DNA from: a virus
Taxonomy: Duplodnaviria; Caudoviricetes
Direction: 5' to 3' (one strand)
DNA length: 63,991 nucleotides
Virus record (IMG/VR): IMGVR_UViG_3300036780_000089
Coordinates: 1 to 63,991 of that record
This document shows positions 56,377 to 63,991 of this stretch, one piece after another; the first letter of the stretch is position 1, and each line of letters starts with the position of its first letter. The position numbers and the translations under genes were made by a program. Under the pieces are notes generated by a model. It saw nothing but the letters and a program-made list of their open reading frames with translations. It had not been told where the DNA came from and did no database searches.

Positions 56377-56511
56377 TTACCCGGCCGCGAACAAGTCGCC
56401 GCAGTCGGTGCAACAGCACACACACGCCCGCAAGTCATGTAACGGGTTGCGCTGTTGCCGTTGCTCGTGTCTGTGTTGGCGCACAAGCGGATCGGTCGTT
56501 GGCACGGTCAC
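56377..56511 (-). CDS. 44-aa Cys-cluster microprotein
   Basis: GTGA-coupled; ACVCCCTDC. Confidence 0.55.
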   Translation of the reverse strand: MTVPTTDPLVRQHRHEQRQQRNPLHDLRACVCCCTDCGDLFAAG

Positions 56512-56849
56512 AGTGGCCCCAAATTCTGGTTGTGGCGCACGCGGTTGATCTCGTCGAGTATCCGTAGCGCTTCCTCTCGATAGGTTCCCCGCCACGACCC
56601 GGCCGTGATGCCCAGCAGCGGCGCGACGCCGCCGACCGCGCACCGTAGGGCGCATTCCATATGCACGGGCGCCGGGGCCGTGGTGAGCACGCCGCCCTGT
56701 ATCCGCAAGCCCGTAGTCAGGGCGCCGCGATCGTGCGGCATGATCGGCTCGGCGCACTGCACACACCGTTGCCCTACCGGCGTGGCGACCACGACGACGC
56801 CCGTGGTGTGCGCGTCCCACGGTCGGCCGAAGTAGGCGCGGGCGCTCAC
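56508..56849 (-). CDS. Zn-binding hypothetical protein
   Basis: YFGRPWDA...TPVGQRCVQCAEPI...HMECALR; GTGA-coupled. Confidence 0.7.
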   Translation of the reverse strand: MSARAYFGRPWDAHTTGVVVVATPVGQRCVQCAEPIMPHDRGALTTGLRIQGGVLTTAPAPVHMECALRCAVGGVAPLLGITAGSWRGTYREEALRILDEINRVRHNQNLGPL

Positions 56850-57028
56850 AACGCGTCCCAACCGTGCACCGGGCAATCCAGCCGCGTCACGTACACGGTG
56901 CGGCCCTCGGCATCGTGGACGTCATCACCGGCAGCCCTACCACCCGCGAACGTCATCCCTGAGCACACACAGCCCTGTGTATCGGCCGCCGTGCTGCCCG
57001 GCGCTGGCACCTCGGCGGGCGCCGTCAC
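56846..57028 (-). CDS. 60-aa CxC...CPxHG microprotein, paralog B
   Basis: PGS..A..QGCVC.GM...DAEGRTVYV.R.DCPVHGW. Confidence 0.75.
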   Translation of the reverse strand: MTAPAEVPAPGSTAADTQGCVCSGMTFAGGRAAGDDVHDAEGRTVYVTRLDCPVHGWDAL

Positions 57029-57207
57029 GGCGTTGTCCAGCCGTGTAGCGGGCAGTCTTCCCGCATCACGTACAGCGTGCGCCCCTCGGCATCGCGTGCG
57101 CCGCCCATGCACCCCCGGCCGTACGCGTTGTCCATACCGGGGCACAAACAGCCCTGAGCGTGGGCGTCGTCGCTGCCGGGCGGCGGCGGCTCAGTGGACA
57201 CCGTCAT
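57025..57207 (-). CDS. 60-aa CxC...CPxHG microprotein, paralog A
   Basis: PGS..A..QGCLC.GM...DAEGRTLYV.R.DCPLHGW. Confidence 0.75.
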   Translation of the reverse strand: MTVSTEPPPPGSDDAHAQGCLCPGMDNAYGRGCMGGARDAEGRTLYVMREDCPLHGWTTP

Positions 57208-57434
57208 GGCGTCTGCCTCCCTGCGAGACGGTGCGACGGTGCCACCGACGCGGACACCACGATCAGCCGGTCGTCACCGGGCAGCATCACGACCGCGCAC
57301 CATCCCCGGCGCCGTTTCAGCGGCGTGTACGTCACCGGCAGCGCGCGGCCATCCGGCCCGGTGATCGTGACCCGAGGCATCGGCGCCGCCGCGCGCTGCC
57401 GACGCCCGAACCACGGCCACCCTCGGCCGGTCAC
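57204..57434 (-). CDS. Hypothetical protein
   Basis: GTGA/ATGA coupling at both ends. Confidence 0.5.
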   Translation of the reverse strand: MTGRGWPWFGRRQRAAAPMPRVTITGPDGRALPVTYTPLKRRRGWCAVVMLPGDDRLIVVSASVAPSHRLAGRQTP

Positions 57435-57547
57435 GACCGCCGCCGGGACGTGTCGCCGCAGTAGACACAGTGCATTCGGCCGCCGTCCCATTTCGTCCAG
57501 TGGCGGCCGAGCCGACACAACACGGTGCGATGCCACCACCAGATCAC
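57431..57547 (-). CDS. 38-aa Zn-finger microprotein
   Basis: LCRLGRHW...HCVYCG; GTGA-coupled. Confidence 0.55.
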   Translation of the reverse strand: MIWWWHRTVLCRLGRHWTKWDGGRMHCVYCGDTSRRRS

Positions 57548-57915
57548 GACGACGCTCCCTTGCGGCGGCGGCCGGTCTTGCGTGGCGGGTCGGCCTCGGC
57601 GGCGAGCATGCGTTGAATCTCCCAACGCCGCACCTCGCCCCGATTGATCGTGACGCCGGGCTCGGCCTTGTATCCGTCCGGGTAGACGTACTGACTGTGC
57701 AGCCGTTCGAACCGCGCGTTGACTCGGTCCACGCGTTGCGTGTCGCACACCGGGCAACGCCGCGTCTTTCGGTAGACGCGTTGCGCCCCGGCGCCCTCGA
57801 TAAACCAGTCGTGGGTTTCGGTGATCCACGGGTGGCCTAGCTCCCGACAGTCCACAAACCCATACCGGTCAAGGAAGTTGTCGACGGTCGCGGCGAGTGA
57901 GTGTCCAGCAGTCAT
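57544..57915 (-). CDS. Zn-binding hypothetical protein
   Basis: DCRELGHPW...RCPVCDT...YVYPDGY. Confidence 0.75.
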   Translation of the reverse strand: MTAGHSLAATVDNFLDRYGFVDCRELGHPWITETHDWFIEGAGAQRVYRKTRRCPVCDTQRVDRVNARFERLHSQYVYPDGYKAEPGVTINRGEVRRWEIQRMLAAEADPPRKTGRRRKGASS

Positions 57916-58514
57916 GACGCCACCCGGACGGGCGCCGAGGTGCGCGTGCGGCTAGCGGGTTTCTTCGCGGGCGCCTTGCGCGGCTTATGGTCGGAGAAAC
58001 GCGGCGCCATGTCCAACTCGGCTTGACCCGGATCGGTGTCCGACTCGGACGCCTCGGCGTCGGCATCCTCGGGTTCCGGCTCACGATGCCGATAGTTGGA
58101 CTGATGAGCCTTGCGCCACTTCGCGTACAGCGCACGGGGCAGCTTGCCGCGCTCACCCAAGCTTGGGTAGCCGTGGCCGATACCCCACTCGCGAATCTCT
58201 TGCCGCATCTCGTGATACCGCTTCTGTTCGGCCGGACTCGCGTCGTCCGGTGTACGCCACCATTCGTCATCCGTGCTGGTGTCGTCGTCAACGTGCGCGT
58301 GTGCCTCGGCGGCCTGGCGCGCGGACAACATCTTGGGCACCGTCCCGCGTTTGCGTGCGTGGGTAATCCAGAACGCCATTTCTTCCGTGATCTGTTCGGC
58401 GTTCCGCTCGCACAGGTCAATGTCGTACTCTTTACCGGCAAACGCGAACGAGATTGTTCGATCCGCGTCTGAGACCTTGTCGACGTCGTCGACCAGGCGC
58501 ACCATTTGTGCCAT
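57912..58514 (-). CDS. lsr2: Extended Lsr2-like protein
   Basis: LVDDVD...ISFAFAGKEYDIDL; EIREWG...GERGKLP. Confidence 0.82.
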   Translation of the reverse strand: MAQMVRLVDDVDKVSDADRTISFAFAGKEYDIDLCERNAEQITEEMAFWITHARKRGTVPKMLSARQAAEAHAHVDDDTSTDDEWWRTPDDASPAEQKRYHEMRQEIREWGIGHGYPSLGERGKLPRALYAKWRKAHQSNYRHREPEPEDADAEASESDTDPGQAELDMAPRFSDHKPRKAPAKKPASRTRTSAPVRVAS

Positions 58515-58574
58515 GGGAAAATAAACCCCCGCGTCTGATTGTCTACGGTGGTGTTGCTGAACGTCTGTCGTGGG

Positions 58575-58922
58575 TTAGGCGGCGTTCTGGTTCAGGCGCC
58601 GGTACCGTTCCACCACATGCTCAGGGATACGTCCCCGAGGGGACAGTGAAATTCCCTGAGTGGCGGCCCACTCGCGAATTGCTTGCGCGTCACCCTGTGT
58701 ACCGCGCCGACGTCGCGCGCCCGGTTCCTTGTGTGCGCGTGTCTTGGTGGCGCGTCGGGCGTGTTCGATCCAGCGGCCGATGTCCGCGCGCAGCTCGGCG
58801 GCGTGTGGCCCGTTCACGTCAATGTTGTAGGTGATCCCGTCCAGTCCGAACACGACGGTTTCCTCGGCGGTGCTGCTGCCGTCAATGTCATCGGTCAGCC
58901 GGACGGTGACTTCCTGCCCCAT
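58575..58922 (-). CDS. lsr2: Lsr2 nucleoid-associated protein
   Basis: LTDDIDG...ETVVFGLDGITYNID; AIREWA...SPRGRIP. Confidence 0.93.
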   Translation of the reverse strand: MGQEVTVRLTDDIDGSSTAEETVVFGLDGITYNIDVNGPHAAELRADIGRWIEHARRATKTRAHKEPGARRRRGTQGDAQAIREWAATQGISLSPRGRIPEHVVERYRRLNQNAA

Positions 58923-59386
58923 ACGGTTGTTCTCCTGTGCGCTCTCCCGTGATGTCTTGCGCCGTATGTCGCGTGGCGCTTGTTGCCTGGCATTTAACTA
59001 CTGGCGCTGATAGTCCGCAACCAGACAAGCCCCGTTCGCCGATAACCGCCCGATCGGGTGACGGCTTGTTCGGTCGACGGGACGCCGAGGCCGACAATTC
59101 GTGATCACTCGGACGTCTGATCAGACACGATGCGCGCCGAGGGTGCCCCGTCCCGGTTGGCCGGTCAGAGTGGACCGGTGCGCTCATAGCAGCGCGCACA
59201 CCTCGGCCCACTGCGACATTCGGGTGAGGCGTATCCCGAACGGCCGCACGGCGCTATCGGCCTGGTCGACCGAATTTCAGGCGAGAATGCGGCGCCATGG
59301 ACATTGCTCCGGTGATCGCTATGGTTCGCCCCGAACGGTCACGTTCAACCGGAAAAGCATTCACGAATGACGGGGAGACATTCAGC

Positions 59387-60079
59387 GTGACAACGCGACC
59401 ACTATTCACAATCGACCTCGGCGGCACATTCGGCCACGTCGTCGGTGACGGCGCCGATCCCGCCGAAATCCTGGCCAGACTCGCGCCACGCGGCTACAAC
59501 CGACAGACTCTTGATTTCCACGTCAAGCGCATCCTGAACACCGCCGCTGTCACCGACGACGTGATCCGGCAACTGTGTGACGTGCTGTTGATCAACGAAG
59601 ACCAGTGGCCCGACCCGTGGCCGGGCGTCACGTTCGAGTTTTTCGAGGCCGCATGGACCGTGCTCCGCGAACTGAGCGACCTCGGAACCGTTGTCGCACT
59701 GACCAATCAGAACGCCACCACGAAACCGGCCATGGATTACATCATGAACCGGTGCGGCCAGTACGTGAAAACGCTCTACGCCAGTTACGACCTCGGCGAC
59801 GTGAAACCCGCCCGGTGGCTATGGAAAAGCGTCGCAGAGTCCGAGGGATACAAGGTCGGTGACATCGTCCACATTGGAGACCGCTACACGCAAGACGTTC
59901 GAGGCCCGTTGAGCGCGGGCGCCCGTGGCGCGGTGTGGGTGCACGGCGGTTCGACCGTGTTTGCCGACCTGGACGACCGCACCGCGTGCGTCACCACACT
60001 GGCCGAGGTGCCCGGCGCCGTGCGGCGGTTGCTCGGCGAGGTCGACACGGGACACACGTTTACCGGCGGCGGCGTATGA
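59387..60079 (+). CDS. HAD-family hydrolase
   Basis: TIDLGGT, ALTN, VKP, HIGDRYTQDVRG motifs I-IV. Confidence 0.88.
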   Translation: MTTRPLFTIDLGGTFGHVVGDGADPAEILARLAPRGYNRQTLDFHVKRILNTAAVTDDVIRQLCDVLLINEDQWPDPWPGVTFEFFEAAWTVLRELSDLGTVVALTNQNATTKPAMDYIMNRCGQYVKTLYASYDLGDVKPARWLWKSVAESEGYKVGDIVHIGDRYTQDVRGPLSAGARGAVWVHGGSTVFADLDDRTACVTTLAEVPGAVRRLLGEVDTGHTFTGGGV

Positions 60080-60186
60080 CCGGCAGCTACCACGACCCCT
60101 ACGGCATCGTGTCGTTGCTGCGCCTACTGGTGCTGGTGATGATGATGTGCGGGGCACCGATTTCGTTCGTATGGCCACTCATCTAG
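60076..60186 (+). CDS. 36-aa membrane micropeptide
   Basis: ATGA-coupled to the HAD gene. Confidence 0.55.
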   Translation: MTGSYHDPYGIVSLLRLLVLVMMMCGAPISFVWPLI

Positions 60187-60198
60187 GGAGATATAACC

Positions 60199-60285
60199 GT
60201 GACTACGCACGCTATCGACACCACCGAACCCAAAAAATCCCGATGGGCGCGGTTCCTTCTCGTCATCCTCGCAATCGCGCTGTGA
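60199..60285 (+). CDS. 28-aa membrane micropeptide
   Basis: RBS AGGGAG; MTTHAIDTTEPKKSRWARFLLVILAIAL. Confidence 0.5.
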   Translation: MTTHAIDTTEPKKSRWARFLLVILAIAL

Positions 60286-60410
60286 GCGCGGACCGGACGC
60301 CGGAACGGCCCCACGGCATCGGATCGTTGCTACGTCTGGTGGCGTTGGTGATGGTGGCGACCGGGGCGCCCGTTCTGGTGGCGCTGGGCATGCACTGGCG
60401 CTTGGCCTGA
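60282..60410 (+). CDS. 42-aa membrane micropeptide, paralog of 60076-60186
   Basis: GTGA-coupled; PHGIGSLLRLVALVM...GAP. Confidence 0.55.
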   Translation: MSADRTPERPHGIGSLLRLVALVMVATGAPVLVALGMHWRLA

Positions 60411-60425
60411 AAGGACAACTCGACG

Positions 60426-60605
60426 ATGGGCCTGTTCAGCGGCCGGAAGAAATCCGACAACTCTAGTGGCTCCAACGCTGATTGCTCGCATCCGGGGACG
60501 TGGGACTCCGAGGGGCCGGTCAAAGACGACAACGGTCGATCGTGCAACAAGTTCTATTGCCCTCGTTGCCGCAGGCTCATGCGCACGACGTACCCGTACG
60601 ACTAG
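60426..60605 (+). CDS. 59-aa Zn-finger microprotein
   Basis: RBS AAAGGA; MGLFSGRKK...CSH...C...CPRC. Confidence 0.6.
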   Translation: MGLFSGRKKSDNSSGSNADCSHPGTWDSEGPVKDDNGRSCNKFYCPRCRRLMRTTYPYD

Positions 60606-60838
60606 GCCACTCGGCGCCCTACCGGGTCGAACAGGGCGCGCAGCTCGGCCACCTGTTCACAGGTCAGCGGCGGCCAGTCGTCCACCATGTGTGCGATGTA
60701 TTCGGCGAGTGACGCGGCGGCGTAGTCGCGGCGGGCGTTGGTCAGCTCGGCGGCGGCGTCCGGGTCGGCGGCAGCACGACGGGCCGCTTTCGCTGCCCTA
60801 GCAACGCGCGCACGGGCTTCACGGCGTGGTGCGTCCAT
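60602..60838 (-). CDS. Recombination directionality factor, phiRv1 Rv1584c-like
   Basis: ARRDYAAASLAEYI...WPPLTCEQVAELRALF resembles the Rv1584c pattern; lies just downstream of the integrase. Confidence 0.7.
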   Translation of the reverse strand: MDAPRREARARVARAAKAARRAAADPDAAAELTNARRDYAAASLAEYIAHMVDDWPPLTCEQVAELRALFDPVGRRVA

Positions 60839-61004
60839 TGGGGTATCCCCACGGGTGACAACGCGTCCAGCGCGCGGAGAGCGGTTCGTCCGGGCGTGGT
60901 TCTGCGGGTCGGTGACGGTGTCCTCGACCTTAGAAGCAGAGGAAAGCCCGGCGCAACACGTAAATCAGATTTACGGTGCGCCGGGCTGACCGGGGCGGGA
61001 CGTT

Positions 61005-62612
61005 CTACGCGGCGGCGGACACCACCACGTCCGGCCGCGTGCGCGTCGGCACCTTGGGGCGAATCTCAATCGTTTCCGGGTAAAACCCGCTGCCACGCTG
61101 CCCGGACGGGTGGATCTTGACCGTCACCATGGTGTCGATCACCGCTCGCTTGATCGCCAACGGTTGCGCGTCCCACGCGGCGGCCACGTCCCGAGCGGCC
61201 AATAGCGGTAGCACGGGCGAGTCCTGCTCTACCGACGCGGCCAACGTCGTGTTGATCTCCTCTAGGCGGTTGTTCCCGCGCTCGATACCGTGCAAGTACT
61301 GCTCACGGGTAATGATCCGCGCGCCCCGGTCTGCGGCCAGTTCGTTCAGGCCGTCCCTGATCGCCGCCGCTTCCGCGTGCAACGCGCGGGCGTCCACCGC
61401 CGGGCCGGTCTCCACCGTGAACACCTCGGCCGCGTCCGGGCGCGACAGACGCTCAATGATCACGTCGCGTACAAACAAGTCGAGCCGTTCCGCGTTGCGC
61501 GTCAAGTGATTCTTGCCCTTGCACGCGTAGCGCGGCGAACGGCCCTTACCGCCCGACACCCAACACGTCGTGCCATCGTCACAGATACCGCACCGGTAGA
61601 TGCCGGAACCCTGCCAGCGCGGCGTAGCGCCCTGCTCAGCGTTCGTGCGCCGACTCGGGTCGGTCAGCACCCGCACCACGGCCCGGAAGACCGGTTCCGG
61701 CACGATCGGCAACCACGGCGCCGGGCCGATTTCCTCGCCCCGGTGTTCCATGATCCCGGCGTTGCGCGGGCGCAACAGAATGTCCCGTAGCGTCGCCGCC
61801 GTCCACGCTGCGCCGGTCACGGTCGGCACCTCGGCCGCGCGCAACTCGGCGGCCAACAGGCGCAGCGACGTCAGCTTGCCCGCCCGGTGTGCGCGTCCGT
61901 CGATTTTCAGCACGCGGTGCGACGCCACGTTAATGATCATGCATTCGTCCCACCGTTTGGTGATCCCGTCCGACTCGAATCCGAACCGGCGCGGGCCACC
62001 ACCGAATTCGTTCGCGCGCGCCTTGCGTTCCCGGCCCTCGGCGACCCGCCGCGACGTGTCCAAGCTGGACTTGTTCGCGATCGTGACCAGGAACCGTGCC
62101 ATCGTGATCTCGGAATCCGTGCCGCCATCGGTCAAGGTCAGCGAACTGGACACCGAACGCGCGTTCGCTTTCGTCGTGCGCACGGCCGCGATCAGATCTT
62201 CACAGTCGTACGGGTCACGCATCGTCCGGTCAAGATCTTCCGTGAGCAGCGCGTCATACGTACCGTCCGCGATACCGCGCACGATCCGCTGAAAACCCGG
62301 ACGGATCACGCGGAAGATGACCGACCCGTCCGCTTGGGTGATCTTGCGCCGCTTGAACGCGGACGCGTTGCGCTGCTTGCCGCCCTCACGTCGTGCGACG
62401 TCGTTTTCAATGATCACGTCAACAACGGTCCAGCCGTGGCGCGCGGCCAGTTCGCGGACAGCGGACTCACGGGCGCCGAACGTCTTGGCCTCGCCCTGGT
62501 CGTTCAGGTCGGCGTCATCAAGATCACTCAGACGCAGGTAGATGACGCACCGCTGCCCCGGACGGGTGAGCAGGGTCGTTGCGGCGGCGGCGGGCCGACG
62601 TGTGCGAGACAT
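61005..62612 (-). CDS. int: Large serine recombinase (integrase)
   Basis: IYLRLS catalytic Ser, RPGFQRIV, DLDRTMRD, RRFGF, LLRPRNAG, Zn ribbon CGIC...YAC...H, coiled coil. Confidence 0.95.
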   Translation of the reverse strand: MSRTRRPAAAATTLLTRPGQRCVIYLRLSDLDDADLNDQGEAKTFGARESAVRELAARHGWTVVDVIIENDVARREGGKQRNASAFKRRKITQADGSVIFRVIRPGFQRIVRGIADGTYDALLTEDLDRTMRDPYDCEDLIAAVRTTKANARSVSSSLTLTDGGTDSEITMARFLVTIANKSSLDTSRRVAEGRERKARANEFGGGPRRFGFESDGITKRWDECMIINVASHRVLKIDGRAHRAGKLTSLRLLAAELRAAEVPTVTGAAWTAATLRDILLRPRNAGIMEHRGEEIGPAPWLPIVPEPVFRAVVRVLTDPSRRTNAEQGATPRWQGSGIYRCGICDDGTTCWVSGGKGRSPRYACKGKNHLTRNAERLDLFVRDVIIERLSRPDAAEVFTVETGPAVDARALHAEAAAIRDGLNELAADRGARIITREQYLHGIERGNNRLEEINTTLAASVEQDSPVLPLLAARDVAAAWDAQPLAIKRAVIDTMVTVKIHPSGQRGSGFYPETIEIRPKVPTRTRPDVVVSAAA

Positions 62613-63547
62613 CAGCGCTCACCCCCGGCGCGGTTGACCTCGGCGGTGTGCACCGTGATCATGGACGACGCCGCAGACATCGGCGCTTCCGAGTGGGACA
62701 GGTGGTAAGCGTCGACCAGGGCGATACACCGCGCGCTGAGAGCCGCGATCAGCTCGGCGTCCTGCTCGGCGGCGGGGCGCCGCTCGGCCTCGGTCAGCTT
62801 CGCCTGAGCGTCGGCCACCATGGCACTCAACGCCGCCGTGACGCGGTCAAGCGGCGTCGCGCCGCCCCAATGCCCGGCGAGGCCGTCACACCGGCCGTAC
62901 GCGTCCAGCGGGCGCCCACACACGCCGTCCCCGGCGTCCGCGCGGCACGTGCCGTAGTCGTCGTGCGCCCGGCGGGCGGCCTCGCGACGCGTGATCGACG
63001 CATGGTGCATGTCGTCCAACAGGTTGGTAAGGGACGCCTCGGCCTTGCGCTGAGCGGCCTCGGCGGCGTCGGCCTCGGCAGGGTCGGCCTCGGCGGCGGG
63101 CGCCGGGACGGTGACGTAATGCAACCGCGTCCAGTAGTAGTCAAAATTCGGTGCACCGTGCGGCCCGTCAAAGCGGCTGACCGAGTAGCGCCGCTCACCG
63201 CTGGGCATGAGTACGGCGGTGAACGAGTAGCGCTTGCCGGACAGGGTGCGCGTCCAGTGGCGGGACGTGCCGTTGCCGGGGCGGTTCGGCTCGGTGACCC
63301 GCACGGCGCTGCGCGGGCCGACCGGCGCCGAGGCAAGGCGCTTGGCCTGCGCGGCGGCTCCCGCGTCCGTGAGGTACCAGCGGGCGAACTCCAGTGCGTC
63401 GCCGTTGGCGTCGCGGTGCTGTTCGCACCGGATCACGCCGCGCCGCTCCAACGCCTCTAGCGTGACGCCCTTGACACCGGGGGCGTGCACGTCGCCCGTG
63501 ATCGCGTCCAGCGCCGCCCACATGGCCGGGGTGAGTTTGATCGACAT
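62612..63547 (-). CDS. Multi-domain hypothetical protein
   Basis: MSIKLTPAM wHTH-like start; TGATG-coupled to int. Confidence 0.65.
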   Translation of the reverse strand: MSIKLTPAMWAALDAITGDVHAPGVKGVTLEALERRGVIRCEQHRDANGDALEFARWYLTDAGAAAQAKRLASAPVGPRSAVRVTEPNRPGNGTSRHWTRTLSGKRYSFTAVLMPSGERRYSVSRFDGPHGAPNFDYYWTRLHYVTVPAPAAEADPAEADAAEAAQRKAEASLTNLLDDMHHASITRREAARRAHDDYGTCRADAGDGVCGRPLDAYGRCDGLAGHWGGATPLDRVTAALSAMVADAQAKLTEAERRPAAEQDAELIAALSARCIALVDAYHLSHSEAPMSAASSMITVHTAEVNRAGGER

Positions 63548-63771
63548 CAGAACAGCCCCCCGATCGCGGTCACCAGGCCGGTCACCAGGCCGGTCAGGAA
63601 GCGCAACGGCGATTCGGTCACGGCGAGCATGACGGGCCGGGTGGCGGGCAGCACGAACGCGACGACCAGCGCCACGACCAGGGCGGCCACGACGGTGCCG
63701 GTGATCAATGCCGCGCGGCGGGATGGGGGCGCCGGGTCGGCGTCCGGGGCGGGTGACGGTTGGGTGTTCAA
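63547..63771 (-). CDS. Small membrane protein
   Basis: Two hydrophobic helices; RBS AGGAGA. Confidence 0.6.
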   Translation of the reverse strand: MNTQPSPAPDADPAPPSRRAALITGTVVAALVVALVVAFVLPATRPVMLAVTESPLRFLTGLVTGLVTAIGGLF

Positions 63772-63845
63772 CGTGACATCTCCTGGTCAACGCGGGTTCA
63801 AGCGGCGGTAGTCGCTTGGCGCTAGTCAACTGGCGCATGTCAATA

Positions 63846-63895
63846 GTGTGTTATAACCCTGGTGTCGGCAAGCCCACGCCCGAGTTATGACACAC
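63846..63895. other. attP
   Basis: GTGTGTTATAAC-CCTGGTGTCGGC-AA-GCCCACGCCCGA-GTTATGACACAC: outer arms 11/12 inverted, inner arms 8/12, symmetric about AA (63870-63871). Confidence 0.9.
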
Positions 63896-63991
63896 ACGTT
63901 ACACAACTGTAACCTAGGGCCTGGGTTGACGCGTGACCTGGGAATCTCTCAGTGGCCGAGGCCGTGGCGCTCCCGGTCGCGGCGCACGTAC
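63865..63991 (+). repeat. 127-bp exact repeat of 5091-5217
   Basis: Identity starts at TCGGCAAG and runs to the window end. Confidence 0.95.

Larger units (their letters stand above)
5096..63869. mobile_element. Temperate siphovirus-like prophage, 58,774 bp unit length
   Basis: Complete integration, immunity, replication, packaging, head, tail and lysis modules bounded by attL and attP. Confidence 0.95.

Noticed and set aside
5096-63869. tRNA genes, reverse transcriptase (DGR/retron), IS elements, DNA methyltransferase
   Set aside because: No recognisable cloverleaf, YxDD RT, transposase or MTase motifs seen by eye; tRNAscan and HMM searches would be needed to exclude them fully.
63865-63991. 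127-bp repeat as an att core or physical terminal repeat
   Set aside because: Serine integrases use a 2-bp crossover; the repeat stops at the window end and equals a usual assembler k-mer length.

Overview
High-GC actinomycete chromosome (1-5095) followed by an apparently complete 58,774-bp temperate siphovirus-like prophage (5096-63869). Host part: a cfa-type methyltransferase plus FAD oxidoreductase pair (tuberculostearic-acid/BfaAB-like), an L,D-transpeptidase, and an AfsR-type SARP regulator that is cut exactly in its Walker A codons by the phage. The window ends in a symmetric 50-bp attP (63846-63895) and then repeats the first 127 bp of the phage, so the assembly contains both the integrated and an excised (or tandem) junction. 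The phage has a phiRv1-like large serine integrase with an Rv1584c-like RDF, a repressor/Cro pair, a Cas4-like exonuclease, a primase-polymerase/SF3 helicase with a downstream iteron origin, HNH, terminase, portal, capsid, a glycosyltransferase, a tail with a -1 frameshift chaperone, a GH25 lysin, two Lsr2 genes and many microproteins. The top candidate for an undescribed system is a translationally coupled pair at 55680-56350: a beta-grasp-like protein ending in LQGG plus a small protein with an E2-like NVxxxPSGxxLC motif, i.e. a possible minimal phage ubiquitin-like conjugation module with no E1 in the phage. All family calls come from motif recognition by eye; no database searches were run.
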